Source of the DNA: Catajapyx aquilonaris
Lineage: Eukaryota
Reading direction: 5' to 3'
Assembly (NCBI GenBank): GCA_000934665.2
Contig: JYFJ02003873.1
Span: forward strand, 1 to 36,829
DNA: 36,829 nucleotides
The stretch's first letter is position 1; every line of letters begins with the position of its first letter. The position numbers and the translations under genes are program-made. Below are positions 9,681-20,800 of this stretch, piece after piece. A model generated the notes under the pieces. The model had not been told where the DNA came from and ran no database searches. It was given only the letters and a program-made list of their open reading frames with translations.

Positions 9681-12385
9681 TCAGTCAAGACAACTTCGCA
9701 GGGCATATCCGAATAGAATCGACAGGAAGGACAGCCCCGTGTGAACCGACAGTGATCCGTCTCCTTCAGGCAGAGGTATTGGGAGAGTGGTTGTCGTTGT
9801 CGGTGGCGGTGTTGTCGACGGGTATGTGACGTTGCAGTTACCAAGTGTGACTCCAGTCTGATTTTGAAGAGAACCGTAGTTCAGATTCACGCAGTTGGCA
9901 TCTTGGAAGATGCTGGCGTATGGTGAATCCTCGACCAACCACGCCTCGGTGCAGTCGCACTCCAGGTTGTTACCTATATAAAATGTGTGGCATGAAAAAT
10001 TTAAGTCGCAATTTTTAAAATCTTATGTAACATAAAATTGGCTTATTAGGTGTGTGCCTCTGTTTGTCCGCGGTCTGTCATCAGTAGTTATGCGACATAT
10101 ATGTGAGACATTTGGTACTACGTCCACAGTCGGGCAGTGCATGGCAGTGTTGCCAATTTCTGGGCAAGGGATTCACTCTCGTAATTAATACAGTGTAATG
10201 TACATTAAAGAGTTAAAGTTAAATCAAATTATATGTAAAATAAAAATAAATAATTAACATAGTATATAATGACTAATAAATATGACACGTAATGTAATTA
10301 TATAAGTAGAGAATATGAAATTATACAAGCTAAAATTAAAATAAGGTCAAAAATTAGGACTAAAATTTGAGTCACAATTATTATTAGCGATTTTGATATT
10401 TATTCTCACTTATCATCATTATTAGTTATTACTAGTGCATTAATAAAAAATAAATAAATACGATAGATGATAATGTACGGTACTGTAGAAAAAAATGAAA
10501 CTTAATGAAATTGCAACTGAGTAAAAATTAAAATTACAAGTGAAAGGTTGAAAAATTCTATATCTAAAATTTTGAGTCAAAATGTATTAATTAGTTTCAG
10601 TCATCATCATCATTATTATTAGCTATTACTAGTGCATTAATTGTATAAAAAAAATACTACACCAGTCATTTAAGCCTATAATTTTAGTGGTGCTATTTAT
10701 TATTACTTATTAGTTATCAGTAGCAATAATGTTATCAGTTATCAGTAGCAATAATATTATCAGTTATCAGTAGTAACTTATTAGTAATTACTAGTAGTTG
10801 TTAGTTATTAGTATAGTTATTAGTAATTTATAATAAGTAGTCGTTACACGTTAGTTATCAGTAATTATTAGCAGTCGTTAGTTATTAGTATAATTATTAC
10901 CAGTCATTATGATTAGTTATTGTTATTAGTAGCCTAATTATTGACAGCCATTAGTTATTATTATTAGTTATTGTTAGCGGTTATTATTAGCTATACAGGG
11001 TGGTCAAGTTCAAGTGTCGTTTTATAACGGCGATTAATAGAAGCGCTTAACGATGACGTAGCAGCGACGTGTAAAATTGCCCACTTCGATCGCGCCGAAG
11101 ATGAGCCGAAGTGGGACATTTTACGCGTCGCTGCTACGTCATCGCAAAATCACTGCTATTAATCGCCGTTATAAAACGACACTTGAACTTGGACCACCCT
11201 GTATTGTTAGTGCATTTTCGCAAATGTGTTACCGTATACGTCTAACGGTTATTGAAGCCATTGTGTATAATAGGATGTTATTAGCTATATGATTATATTA
11301 GTCCTTATTATAGTGTATTATGGGTAAATTGACTGCACCTGAGACAATGATTGATGACCTCTGTGCTCCGTCGATCAGCCGTTTGTAAGATTCCTCCGGA
11401 AGGTGCGACAGCTTGTTGTTCTTCAGGGACAAGACGAATGGACCGATGTTTCCAAAAGCTTCCGGACTCACTTCCGTTATGTGGTTGTCGTCGAAAGTGA
11501 GTTTGAGCACGGCGTCGGGTACGGTGAAGTTGTGGTCGAACTTGAAGCTCGTAGGGGGCAGTTCGTTGAGCTGGTTTTGGGACAGGTCGAGGCTCGTCAG
11601 GTTGACCAGTCCTGAAAAAGCTCGTGATCCAAGCTTGCTTATGAGGTTTCCTGTCAAATCCAGACTGGTCAGGCTTTGATGAATCTTTGAGAAAGTGGTG
11701 TCAGGTATCACAGTCAGATTGTTGTGGTCCAGATACAGCATCTGCAGTTTGGGCAAGTCGTAAATAATGGAGAATGGGAAGGTGTTGGACTCTTTGAACA
11801 TGTTGCTGCCTCCTGAAACAGCGTGATTATTTTAATTCGGTGGATTTGAATCCGCCAACAATGCGGCCAACGAACCTTATTGTGGCTTTGCCAATTTGTC
11901 ATGTTAACCCAACCTCACAAGGATTTTCGTGTCCATCACATACATACCTATCTGAAGGTGTGTCAGTGTGTTTCTCATTGCCTCGAAGGTGTCCGGTTCA
12001 ATTTTGTCAAACTGGCTTCGTCTTATGGCCAGCACATTGACTGTCAATGGTCCGAACAGGTCCTTAGACAATGAAGTGAGTCCATCAATCTTGATATATC
12101 CAAACGACAAGACGTTTAGGCTAGGTTGACATCCTGTGATCCCCAGCAAACTTTCTTTCTGGTACACACTGTTGCAATATATGGAAGGAAGACCACCACG
12201 AGTAGGTAATACCTGTTATGATAATGACAACAATGGACAGCCGTTATTTTTAACGGTTTTAACGGTTTGCTGAATATTACTGAACTTACGAAATTGCAGT
12301 CGGTCAAGTCGAATCCATTATTGCATGGTGATGTCTGGACAACTCTGAGGGTTACGACCAGCAGGAAGAAACCGATAGGAGACAT
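9681..12385 (-). CDS. Extracellular LRR protein (LRR-B) with Thr/Pro stalk and hydrophobic, GPI-signal-like C-terminus
   Basis: Exons 12385-12290, 12212-11948, 11812-11339 and 9973-9681, with phases 0/1/1 as in the paralogs. MSPIGFFLLVVTLRVVQT..., RAFSGLVNL, GNNLECDCTEAWL, STTPPPTTTTT, GLSFLSILFGYALRSCLD*. AATAAA on the minus strand near 9603-9608. Confidence 0.9.
10996..11201. mobile_element. Tc1/mariner-type foldback MITE (family 2) in LRR-B intron 3
   Basis: TA|CAGGGTGGTC...GACCACCCTG|TA; almost entirely palindromic; second copy at 29267-29486. Confidence 0.9.
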
Positions 12386-13075
12386 TTTATGATGTCCACA
12401 CACAGTATTGAACTGTCCCGAATTTCTTTTGTCTATTATTCTAACGCTCATCCTTGAAACGCAAAGATAGTCTCTTAGGCAACCAGACATATCTAATCAG
12501 AATAGGAAGTCGTGCAATGTGTACATTTTTACTTTATGTACTTTAAGTACACAAAAACTTTATTCCTGGCTTGTGGAGACTGATAGACTTCTTGTAGTGT
12601 ACAAATAGGCCCAACTGTAGAGTTTTGGTAATTAGTTTATTTCTGAAGACATTAATTGCATGTTGAAGCTTTTAGAGCACTTTGAACGTTAAACATGACC
12701 GTTAAAATATTTTCAGAAATGGCGCAATGTTCTGCAATACGTTTTGCAATTATGTCAATATGTGATAATGATATCTGTTGACATATACACCCTGCCGATT
12801 ATTTAACCAAAGAATATAGAGATGATGTGCAGTACATATTGTTTTATTGCGAACAACCGAACATTGTTGTACTATAATGTTTTTAAAGTGTATTGAACAA
12901 GCACTTACTATGAAATTCTTTTTGTCCAAAAACTTGCGATTACAACAGTCGTTAAGTAATTAGCGGTTTTTCCCCCCGTCCTTATAGACTTGCGTCAGTT
13001 GTAATCACTCACGATAACAATAACGATAAGATGCTGATGAAGTCACTTCTCAAGGATTCGCCCGTATTTCTTTAA

Positions 13076-14678
13076 CTATGAATTGAGAATTAGCAAGAAA
13101 ACAATAGTTTGCATGAAGATCAACAAGTCGTGCTTGTTCAAAGTGTTTGATCCATCTGTTGTTGGTGTTTCTGTTGTAACACTCTCTGTTGTCGTTGGTC
13201 CAAACACATCTGTGCAGTTTCCAATGCTTTTCAAGGTTTGCTTCTGGAGTGGACCCAACTTGTCACAGGTAGCTCCAACAAAGTAACGAGAGAAACGATA
13301 TCCAGAATAGTAACTCACAAGCCATGCCTCGGTGCAGTTACACTCCAGCTTGTTTCCTGAACAGAGAGACAAGATCACTGAACTATACAACATCAGCCAA
13401 ATAATGTGAAAGACAATGACAATTGTGTGAACCATTTTGAGAAAGACAATGAGAAACACTTACCTGCGACACCTATAGTTATAGGTGGAAATTCTAGTAT
13501 CAGTTTCATGAAAGGGTCTTGAGGCAGATGCACCAGACTATTGTTGTCCAGCCCAAGATGCAGAAGGTCCGTGTTGTAAAATGCATCAGGGCTGACCTCT
13601 GATATGCTGTTGGACCCAAACAGGAACACGGCAGACTTCAGCTCTTTGTCGAAGTACAAGCTCCGATCTGGTATTGCAGTCAGGAAGTTGTGCTCAAGGT
13701 TCAGTATCGTGAGATTGACAAGTCCTGAGAAAGCTCGAACACCTATAGATGATATCTGGTTTCCTGACAGGTCAAGGGAGTTCAGCTTTGTGTTGTATCC
13801 TGCAAATGCTTCTGTGGGTATGGTCGTTAGTCGATTGTCGTTCAACCAGAGTGAAGTGAGTTGAGGAAATCGTCGTTCTGAGGCTATCTCGAAAGGAAAT
13901 GTCGTGATGTAGCCGCTGCCTGAAAATGGAACCAGAAATTTATAGATTGTTTCTTTCATTTTGAACTCCACTCTCTAAAAAATTTCACCAAAAAAAAACG
14001 ATCAATTTCGCAGAGTTACCTTAACTCAAATCGAGTGGAAAGGCACTCGAAAGTGGAGTGAAAATGAGTGGGACTATTGAGTGAAACCAATTTCATTAAT
14101 TTGAGTGGTTTTTCGCTCGAAATCTGAGCGAAAATATTTCACTCGAGTGATTTCCACTCAATAAGAGTGGGAAGAAAGAGTAAAAATCACTTAAATCGAG
14201 TGAAAAAACACTCGAAATTTTTTAAAAAGAGTGCGCATGGATCATACTTATTTCGAGGATTCGTAGAGTAATGGACGTTGGGTCAAAAGCATCTGATTCC
14301 ACGCTTGTAAACGAGTTGTGGCGAAGGAGAATTTCTTCAGCCACAAGGTTTCTGAACAAATCGCGTGATATGGAGCCTGTTGTGCTTGAATGCGTTACTT
14401 GGAGGACCACCAGACGAGGGTATGTCCCTGTGATGTTCTCGAAGTCACTTCGGTCATTTACATCGTCACAGAACAATGAGCTATAGTCTCCATACTCGTA
14501 CGGTATGCACTGGAACAAGACAGGTATTACACAAAAATGTTCATGAATTTTGTTGGACAGATATTACCGAACAGTGTTGTTGTACAATCCCAAATGATTT
14601 GTCACAAGGTGAAGAAGTAGTCTGTGGGGTTCCTGTACTTAAGATGACCAAAATCACAAGTAGTGGAAGAGTCCACAT
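13076..14678 (-). CDS. Extracellular LRR protein (LRR-C) with Thr-rich stalk and hydrophobic C-terminus (GPI-like)
   Basis: Exons 14678-14568, 14509-14248, 13919-13464 and 13356-13076. MWTLPLLVILVILSTG..., LTSLWLNDNRLTTIPTEAF, RAFSGLVNL, GNKLECNCTEAWL, PTTTESVTTETPTT, LLIFMQTIVFLLILNS*. Confidence 0.92.
13969..14233. mobile_element. CACT...AGTG (CMC/CACTA-like) MITE filling LRR-C intron 2
   Basis: Termini CACTCTCTAAAAAATTTC / GAAATTTTTTAAAAAGAGTG, with many internal CACTCGA/TCGAGTG subrepeats. Confidence 0.6.
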
Positions 14679-16559
14679 TTTTTTTGTCGCTTCACCTTCA
14701 CTTCTCGTGATTAAATGTATGCATTACTTTGTCACCTTGGGAGGGCTTATATTTTATCAGAGGACTTGAACTTTGTGCTGTACCTACCTAGATAAGATAA
14801 CTTGCTGATAATTATGTGGGGACGAGGCTCCTTGTGCTGAGAGTCTCGTTCTCATTTCATGCACCACCACCAATGGGTGCTGCAATGGGTGACACACTCT
14901 GCTGGTCCAGTCCAGGTATGTCTCCTATGCCCTCTGTATTAATACCGATAATAATTAACAACACCGTCACTTTTTGTCATATATTGGGAACATACGTGTT
15001 GATTCAGGTGTTTGAACTTAGTTTGATCAAATTAATTGCAAGGTTTCATCACCGGATCTGTTACGAATTTTCCTTGTTAGATAAGAGGGTAATTGCGCAA
15101 TTGTCCTTATCGCTGATTACTGTCGGACAGACTGGCGGTAGGCTGTTGCGTAATTACATTTTATGTAGGTTAAATTCATTTTTATTTAAGCTATTGTTAC
15201 GACTTTAAAAAATAATTAGGTTGTTGAACCCAGATTTTTTTTCTTCTCTATAGCTTAGGGAGTTGGCTTTTCTTATCAGTTTTTCCACAGTTTACTTTCT
15301 CAAGGTGGGTTATAGCAAACACTTAGGTAATGTTCAGGCCGGCTCATTTTCAGTCCTATAAGTATGACTTACATTTAAATGTCTTTTCCAGCTTATTATT
15401 TTGACACAACAGGATAAGGACACACCGACAAGAAGCAGCCATTCTTATCTTACCAGATATCCATTATTGCCTATTTGTCCAACGGAAGACTGTGTCAGCA
15501 TGATTATATAAAGTTGAAAATAATTGGCTTCAAATCATAATGGACTTATTAGAGTCAATACACGATATTTGCATACCCATTTGAAGTTGCCGTGAGCCTT
15601 CTATACGTACAGTATATTACACAAAATATTATTTAACTAAATATTATTAATGACTAGTCGCCTGATATTTCTGCATTGTGAAGTCCCATTCCTGAGTGAG
15701 ATGAAGGTTTGACTCCTCTTTATATAATTATTAATAGGGCATCGTGTGTACATGGAGTTCATGACATGACTGTCCATGATACAGTAGGCCTATTGCTTAT
15801 CAACAACTAAAAATGTTGCTGACTTTTCTGAGTAATTAGACATTTTAATATTGTTGTTGGACACAATACTTTCTCCCTTCCCGGGAATTTTTTTCCTGCA
15901 TTGTTGCACCTATCCTTTAAAGAAGTTATCAGGAGAAATCAGCCAACATGAATGGACACTGGTTGAAATATTCAAGAATTTCTAGAGCTTGGTAATATTG
16001 TTGTGATAAGCACAAATTTTGGCAGAAATTGTGCAAAATTTTTGACCTCTGATTGTTATGACTGTGTTTCAGGTCTCCGCGTGTTTTCTCATATGCAGCT
16101 TACAACAATGATGAACGAGTTTATCGGGACGTCCTGAGCTAAACTGGACATCCCACTGGACAATGGCTGGTGCTCTGAATATATGTTGGTTTAACATATG
16201 AACATTCACATAAGCATGCAAATATTTATTTATTTATAGAGGTGCGTCATCAACAATTTTAATATTGAAATATGCAGTGCGTACACTCGATTTAACATTT
16301 ACTATTCAACTGCAGATATTCCTGGGAATATTAATATGCAGAATATTTTTTTTCAATAATATGTAATGTGGTTTGCTAACCACACTTTATTAGATGAGCA
16401 GTAGGCTCATGTCTGGGTCACATCCTGGTGACCCCAATGAAGTGACCACCCCTATCCGATCCTTCAGGAGGAGATCCATCACAAGGAATGTTGATGAAAG
16501 CCTTTTTGGCCCATTGGTCCCTCTTCGGATTAAGAGTTGACAGGTAGAGCTATATCTAT

Positions 16560-17000
16560 ATATTTAAAAAATATTGTATTGTTGTTGAAGCCCAATAGGA
16601 AAGGCGCTGATTCCAAAATCCCCAATTTTCACAATCCTTCATATGAGAAAAGTCATTGTGAAATACTAGGTGAAGGTGTTGAGTCCAAAACCTCCCTTCC
16701 TAAAATATTTGAGAAAATGTATTGTTGTAACTCCATCAGGAGCAAGAAAGTGCTGATGCCAAAATCTCCCCGTGTGTCGCGCAGGCTTAGAAAATATTGT
16801 TGAAACTATAGCTATATAAGAAGGTGCTGTATTCAAAACCTCCCTTTTCAAAATATTTCCGTTCGTGAGAAAAATGTATTGTTGAAACACGAGAAGCACG
16901 AATAGGGCGGGTTAATCCAAAATATTTATTTTGAAAATATTTCCGCTCATGAGAAAAAGTATTGTTGTAACTCAAAGAAAGCTGCTGCTTCTCAAAAAAA
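16560..17000. repeat. Degenerate tandem repeat block
   Basis: Recurring CAAAACCTCCC, AAAATATTT and GAGAAAA(T/A)GTATTGTTG motifs. Confidence 0.6.
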
Positions 17001-17888
17001 AAACCCTCTGATCTCGTAGTAATGAACATTGTTGCATTTTGTACTTGTCCTAAAATAATATTTATATATATATGCACATTGTTGCTTATGCAACATTATG
17101 TTCTGGCAGCCATTCATAATTTCATATTGTCCATGCGAGTATATGTCGCATTGTTATTAATGAGGTCTGATGGGCATATAAGTCCAGCCTAAACATATTT
17201 GTCATAAATATGCTATTAAGCTTATGATATGTCAACAATTGGCTTCAAAATGCTGCAAAGTCAAGATATGTCTGGCTGAAACATTTTAATAATGTACTTG
17301 GGGCATCTGTTGTATTGTTCTGAATATATTGTGAGGATTAACATTATTTTATGATGACAAGTGTTATGTGAAGATAAATAAACATACATATAATGGCACA
17401 ATTGCAATTTCTGTCAGATATTTATTGTATTATGCAAGTGTTATATGAGTCAATAAAACATATTTTGTCAAGGTCATACCGAAGGTCCTACAGAAAGTGT
17501 CTTTTCTGGCAAGACATGCACACCTGTCAAAAGTGACTGTAAGTTGTATATCATTACATCGATCCGATCTAGACAATATATTCAATAAACAAAGCACCAC
17601 CTTTTACGGTAAAAGGCTATTCATAATTAATATTCCCTAATGACCTATGCCCCCTCCATGGTTATAGCCTTCATTAATTCACTAGATAACAATGTAATAA
17701 TGGGTCAATTTCTTTGTTTTTGGCGACCAATTATTTTTCAGAATGACAGTTATGAGTGACTGTTTCGCCGAGGACGACATTTGCATGAGTTCATGGCTAT
17801 AATTTTCTACGCTAAAGACTGTGATCAACAAGACAATGTCAACAGCAAGTACAGTATCTGAAAACTCCACTCATTTCGGGTTCAAAAT

Positions 17889-20800
17889 ATGGCCGCGATT
17901 GTGTTGCTGACGTTGCTCCTGTTGGTCACAGTTCATTCAAAGGTCATTACTCATCATCAGGACAACAATGAAGTTATTGTAGAGTTTACCAAGATGGTTG
18001 CAGAAAAATATCCTGAATGCATATTCCTACTGGCTCATGATTTTCCATCCCTTCCTGAATCCATGAGTCGACTCTTGACCTTTGACCAGCAACCTCGAAT
18101 AGTGACCTGGGTGACCAACAGGACTCAGCCTCTCTCGAAGCAAGATCTGGAGTACTGGTTCTCCTGGATGCATCGTCCAACAGCTGTAAGTCATCCTAGA
18201 TGTGTTTTGTACGCATTCTTCTTCATGCCAGACGACTTCATGAACTTGATGGAACACATGGCTGCCCAGACAACAATGCAGACATCGGTGGACCGGTACT
18301 TGTTTTGGAACAGACACGATGAGGACATTAGTTACCTACAGTCCCATCAGGCTGAAAATCTTTTGTTTAAACTCGGGATGTCCATTGACAATAATTCGAG
18401 CCAGATACGTCTCCACACTGTCTGCTTCTTCTGCGACAGAGGATATCCTCAGATGGTCACTATTGACCCTGAAGATGCTGACCTGTATCCGGACTTTACC
18501 AGAAACTTTCACGGCAAATATGTGCATTCAGTGTTCTACTACAAGTCAACACCAGAGTGGGTCAGACAGAAGCAAGAAGAGTATGACACAGCGTTGTTCT
18601 TTCCTGATATGATATTTAAGGACATGTCTGAGAAACTGAACTTCGATTACACTGTGGATATTTTCACATCAGCTGAAGGGGCTACCTACGAGTCAAAAGC
18701 ATCTGACGGACTCTGGTAAGTAAGATAAACCTCAGTACAAGACCAGGGAGCACGTACTACATAAGAGGCGCCGCGTCTCTCTGTTTGGGGCCATTGCCAA
18801 TGCTGGGGGCCATTTTGAAGTGGGGGCAACGCCAACGAGATATAAATAGGGTACAGGCAAAAATAGAGTCCGCCATCTTTGATGGTTTTGGCGGCCATGG
18901 CAACTACACGGCAAGAACAACGCGCGAATCAAAGATGACGAACCCTATTTTTGCCTGTACCCTATTTTATACCTCGTTGGCGTTGCCCCCACTTCAAAAT
19001 GGCCCCCAGCCTTGGCAACGCCCCAAACATGCAGAGAGACGCGGAAATCGAATCTTTGCGCCTCTTACGTAGTATGTATACGTACGTACTCCCTGACAAG
19101 ACGTTGTTTCACACATTACTACAGTGGTTACACAACATCTTCAAAATTACAAGGGGCGCATAAAATTGCGAGCGTTTGAGTACTATTTTGCGGAATGTGT
19201 CATTAGTAACGTTCATCGGACATCAAAGGAAACGCAATCTGTAATGGTGTATATGATTTATTAATCCAAGTATTTTCCTCTATAAATATGAAGCAAACCT
19301 TGGTCAGTTTATGTCTGAATTTGTTGGGAGCTGCATAGGACAACACTGATTTTGACTTGATCTGTGAGTTCAAGTTGTTGAAGCAAAATGAACCTCAGGT
19401 GTCTGGTGCTGGTATGGTTCATCCTTCAGTGTGATGCGACTGATCATGCCTCGGAGGTAAGGCTTTTTAATATCAAAGTTTTGTCTCCAAATATTTTTCT
19501 GAAATATTTTTTACAGAGTGAATCTGTACCAGGAATAAGACAAAGCAATGAGGAAGATATGTTGCTGGCTGAGGTTGTGGAGACCACTATAGAGACACAT
19601 TTTCCAGAATGTTCCTTCGGGATGGGAGTGGATCATCTTAAGTTAGGTGATCCACTGCAGAGGATGATCAAGAACATGAGCATTAGATATCGTCCAGTAG
19701 TGTTGAGCAGGATGGACACCTTCTCATTCGATTACAAGCTGTACCCTTGGATTTCTAGACCAGAACATCTCCTGTCGTTCCGGACACAACCTGAGGAACT
19801 CAGATCAAAATTGTGGCCAGGAAAATCCTGCGTTTTCAACCTAATATTGGCAAAGAACATTTCAAACATTCCCAATCTGATCATGCATACTGCAAGTTCC
19901 TTCATGATTCGGAATTTGTACGATTCTTTCTTCATACACACTCATGACAGTACAAGAAAGATTCAGCATCTCCTTCTGAAGGATCCAGTCCAAGGAATTA
20001 GACTTAAGACAGTATCACAGTTCAGTTCAGAAACTGGTCAGATGTTAATGCACACTGTCTGCTATTACTGCCAGTTTGGACAACATTTGATCAATCCACC
20101 GATCAGATATCCTCTTGATAATTTCCTGATGGACAAGCTGTTTCCTGCACCTCCTCGTGACAGAAAGAAAGGTAAGGTCACGATGGGTTTTGTGCAGGAT
20201 GTAGATTTGAAAGCGGCTAAGAGTCGAAAGGAAAGGGGAGAACATTTGACTATTGCAGAAGAAGTATCGTTGATTATTCAAGGGATCAACAATGGCGAAT
20301 ATACCATCACTGCTGCTGAGATCGAAGTAGAAGAACTATTTCCCAACGGAAGTTTGACAGGTATTGCAAACTCAGTCAGAAGACGAAATGTGGATCTTTC
20401 AGCTGTAGTTGTTTACACTGATGTAGCCGCAAGGGCTGTACTATTAGGCTATCCCCTGTTTTACTTCCGAGGATGTTTTGTTACCAGGATACCCAGACCT
20501 GTAATTAAATGGTATGTCATATTACAGCCGTTCGAAGACACCATGTGGATAGCTCTGTCCATTTCACTAATTGTGTCATCAGCATCACTCAGCATCATTC
20601 AGAAACAATTCATCCGTGATATCTGCCCACACTTGATGAATCTAATGAGAGATCTTGTGGAGCAGCCGTTGAATCAAAATCCTGAAAACATCAAAGTGCT
20701 GTTGTTCAGAAGTATCCTCTGCATTTTTGCACTGATCGTCGTTTGTGCTTATAAGACAAAGTCGGTTTCGTTCATCACATTTCCACGTCCAGAAGTGCTC

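Noticed and set aside
13030..13070. Hammerhead ribozyme (CTGATGA core with a short stem)
   Set aside because: The required GAAA after stem II is absent.
15400..16000. Decayed transposon-associated (SAMD3-like) coding remnant
   Set aside because: Only vague motif resemblance across broken frames; not supportable without a search.
17889..18719. Stand-alone secreted 276-aa protein
   Set aside because: The stop lies inside a canonical GTAAGT donor and the sequence is the N-terminal half of an IR.
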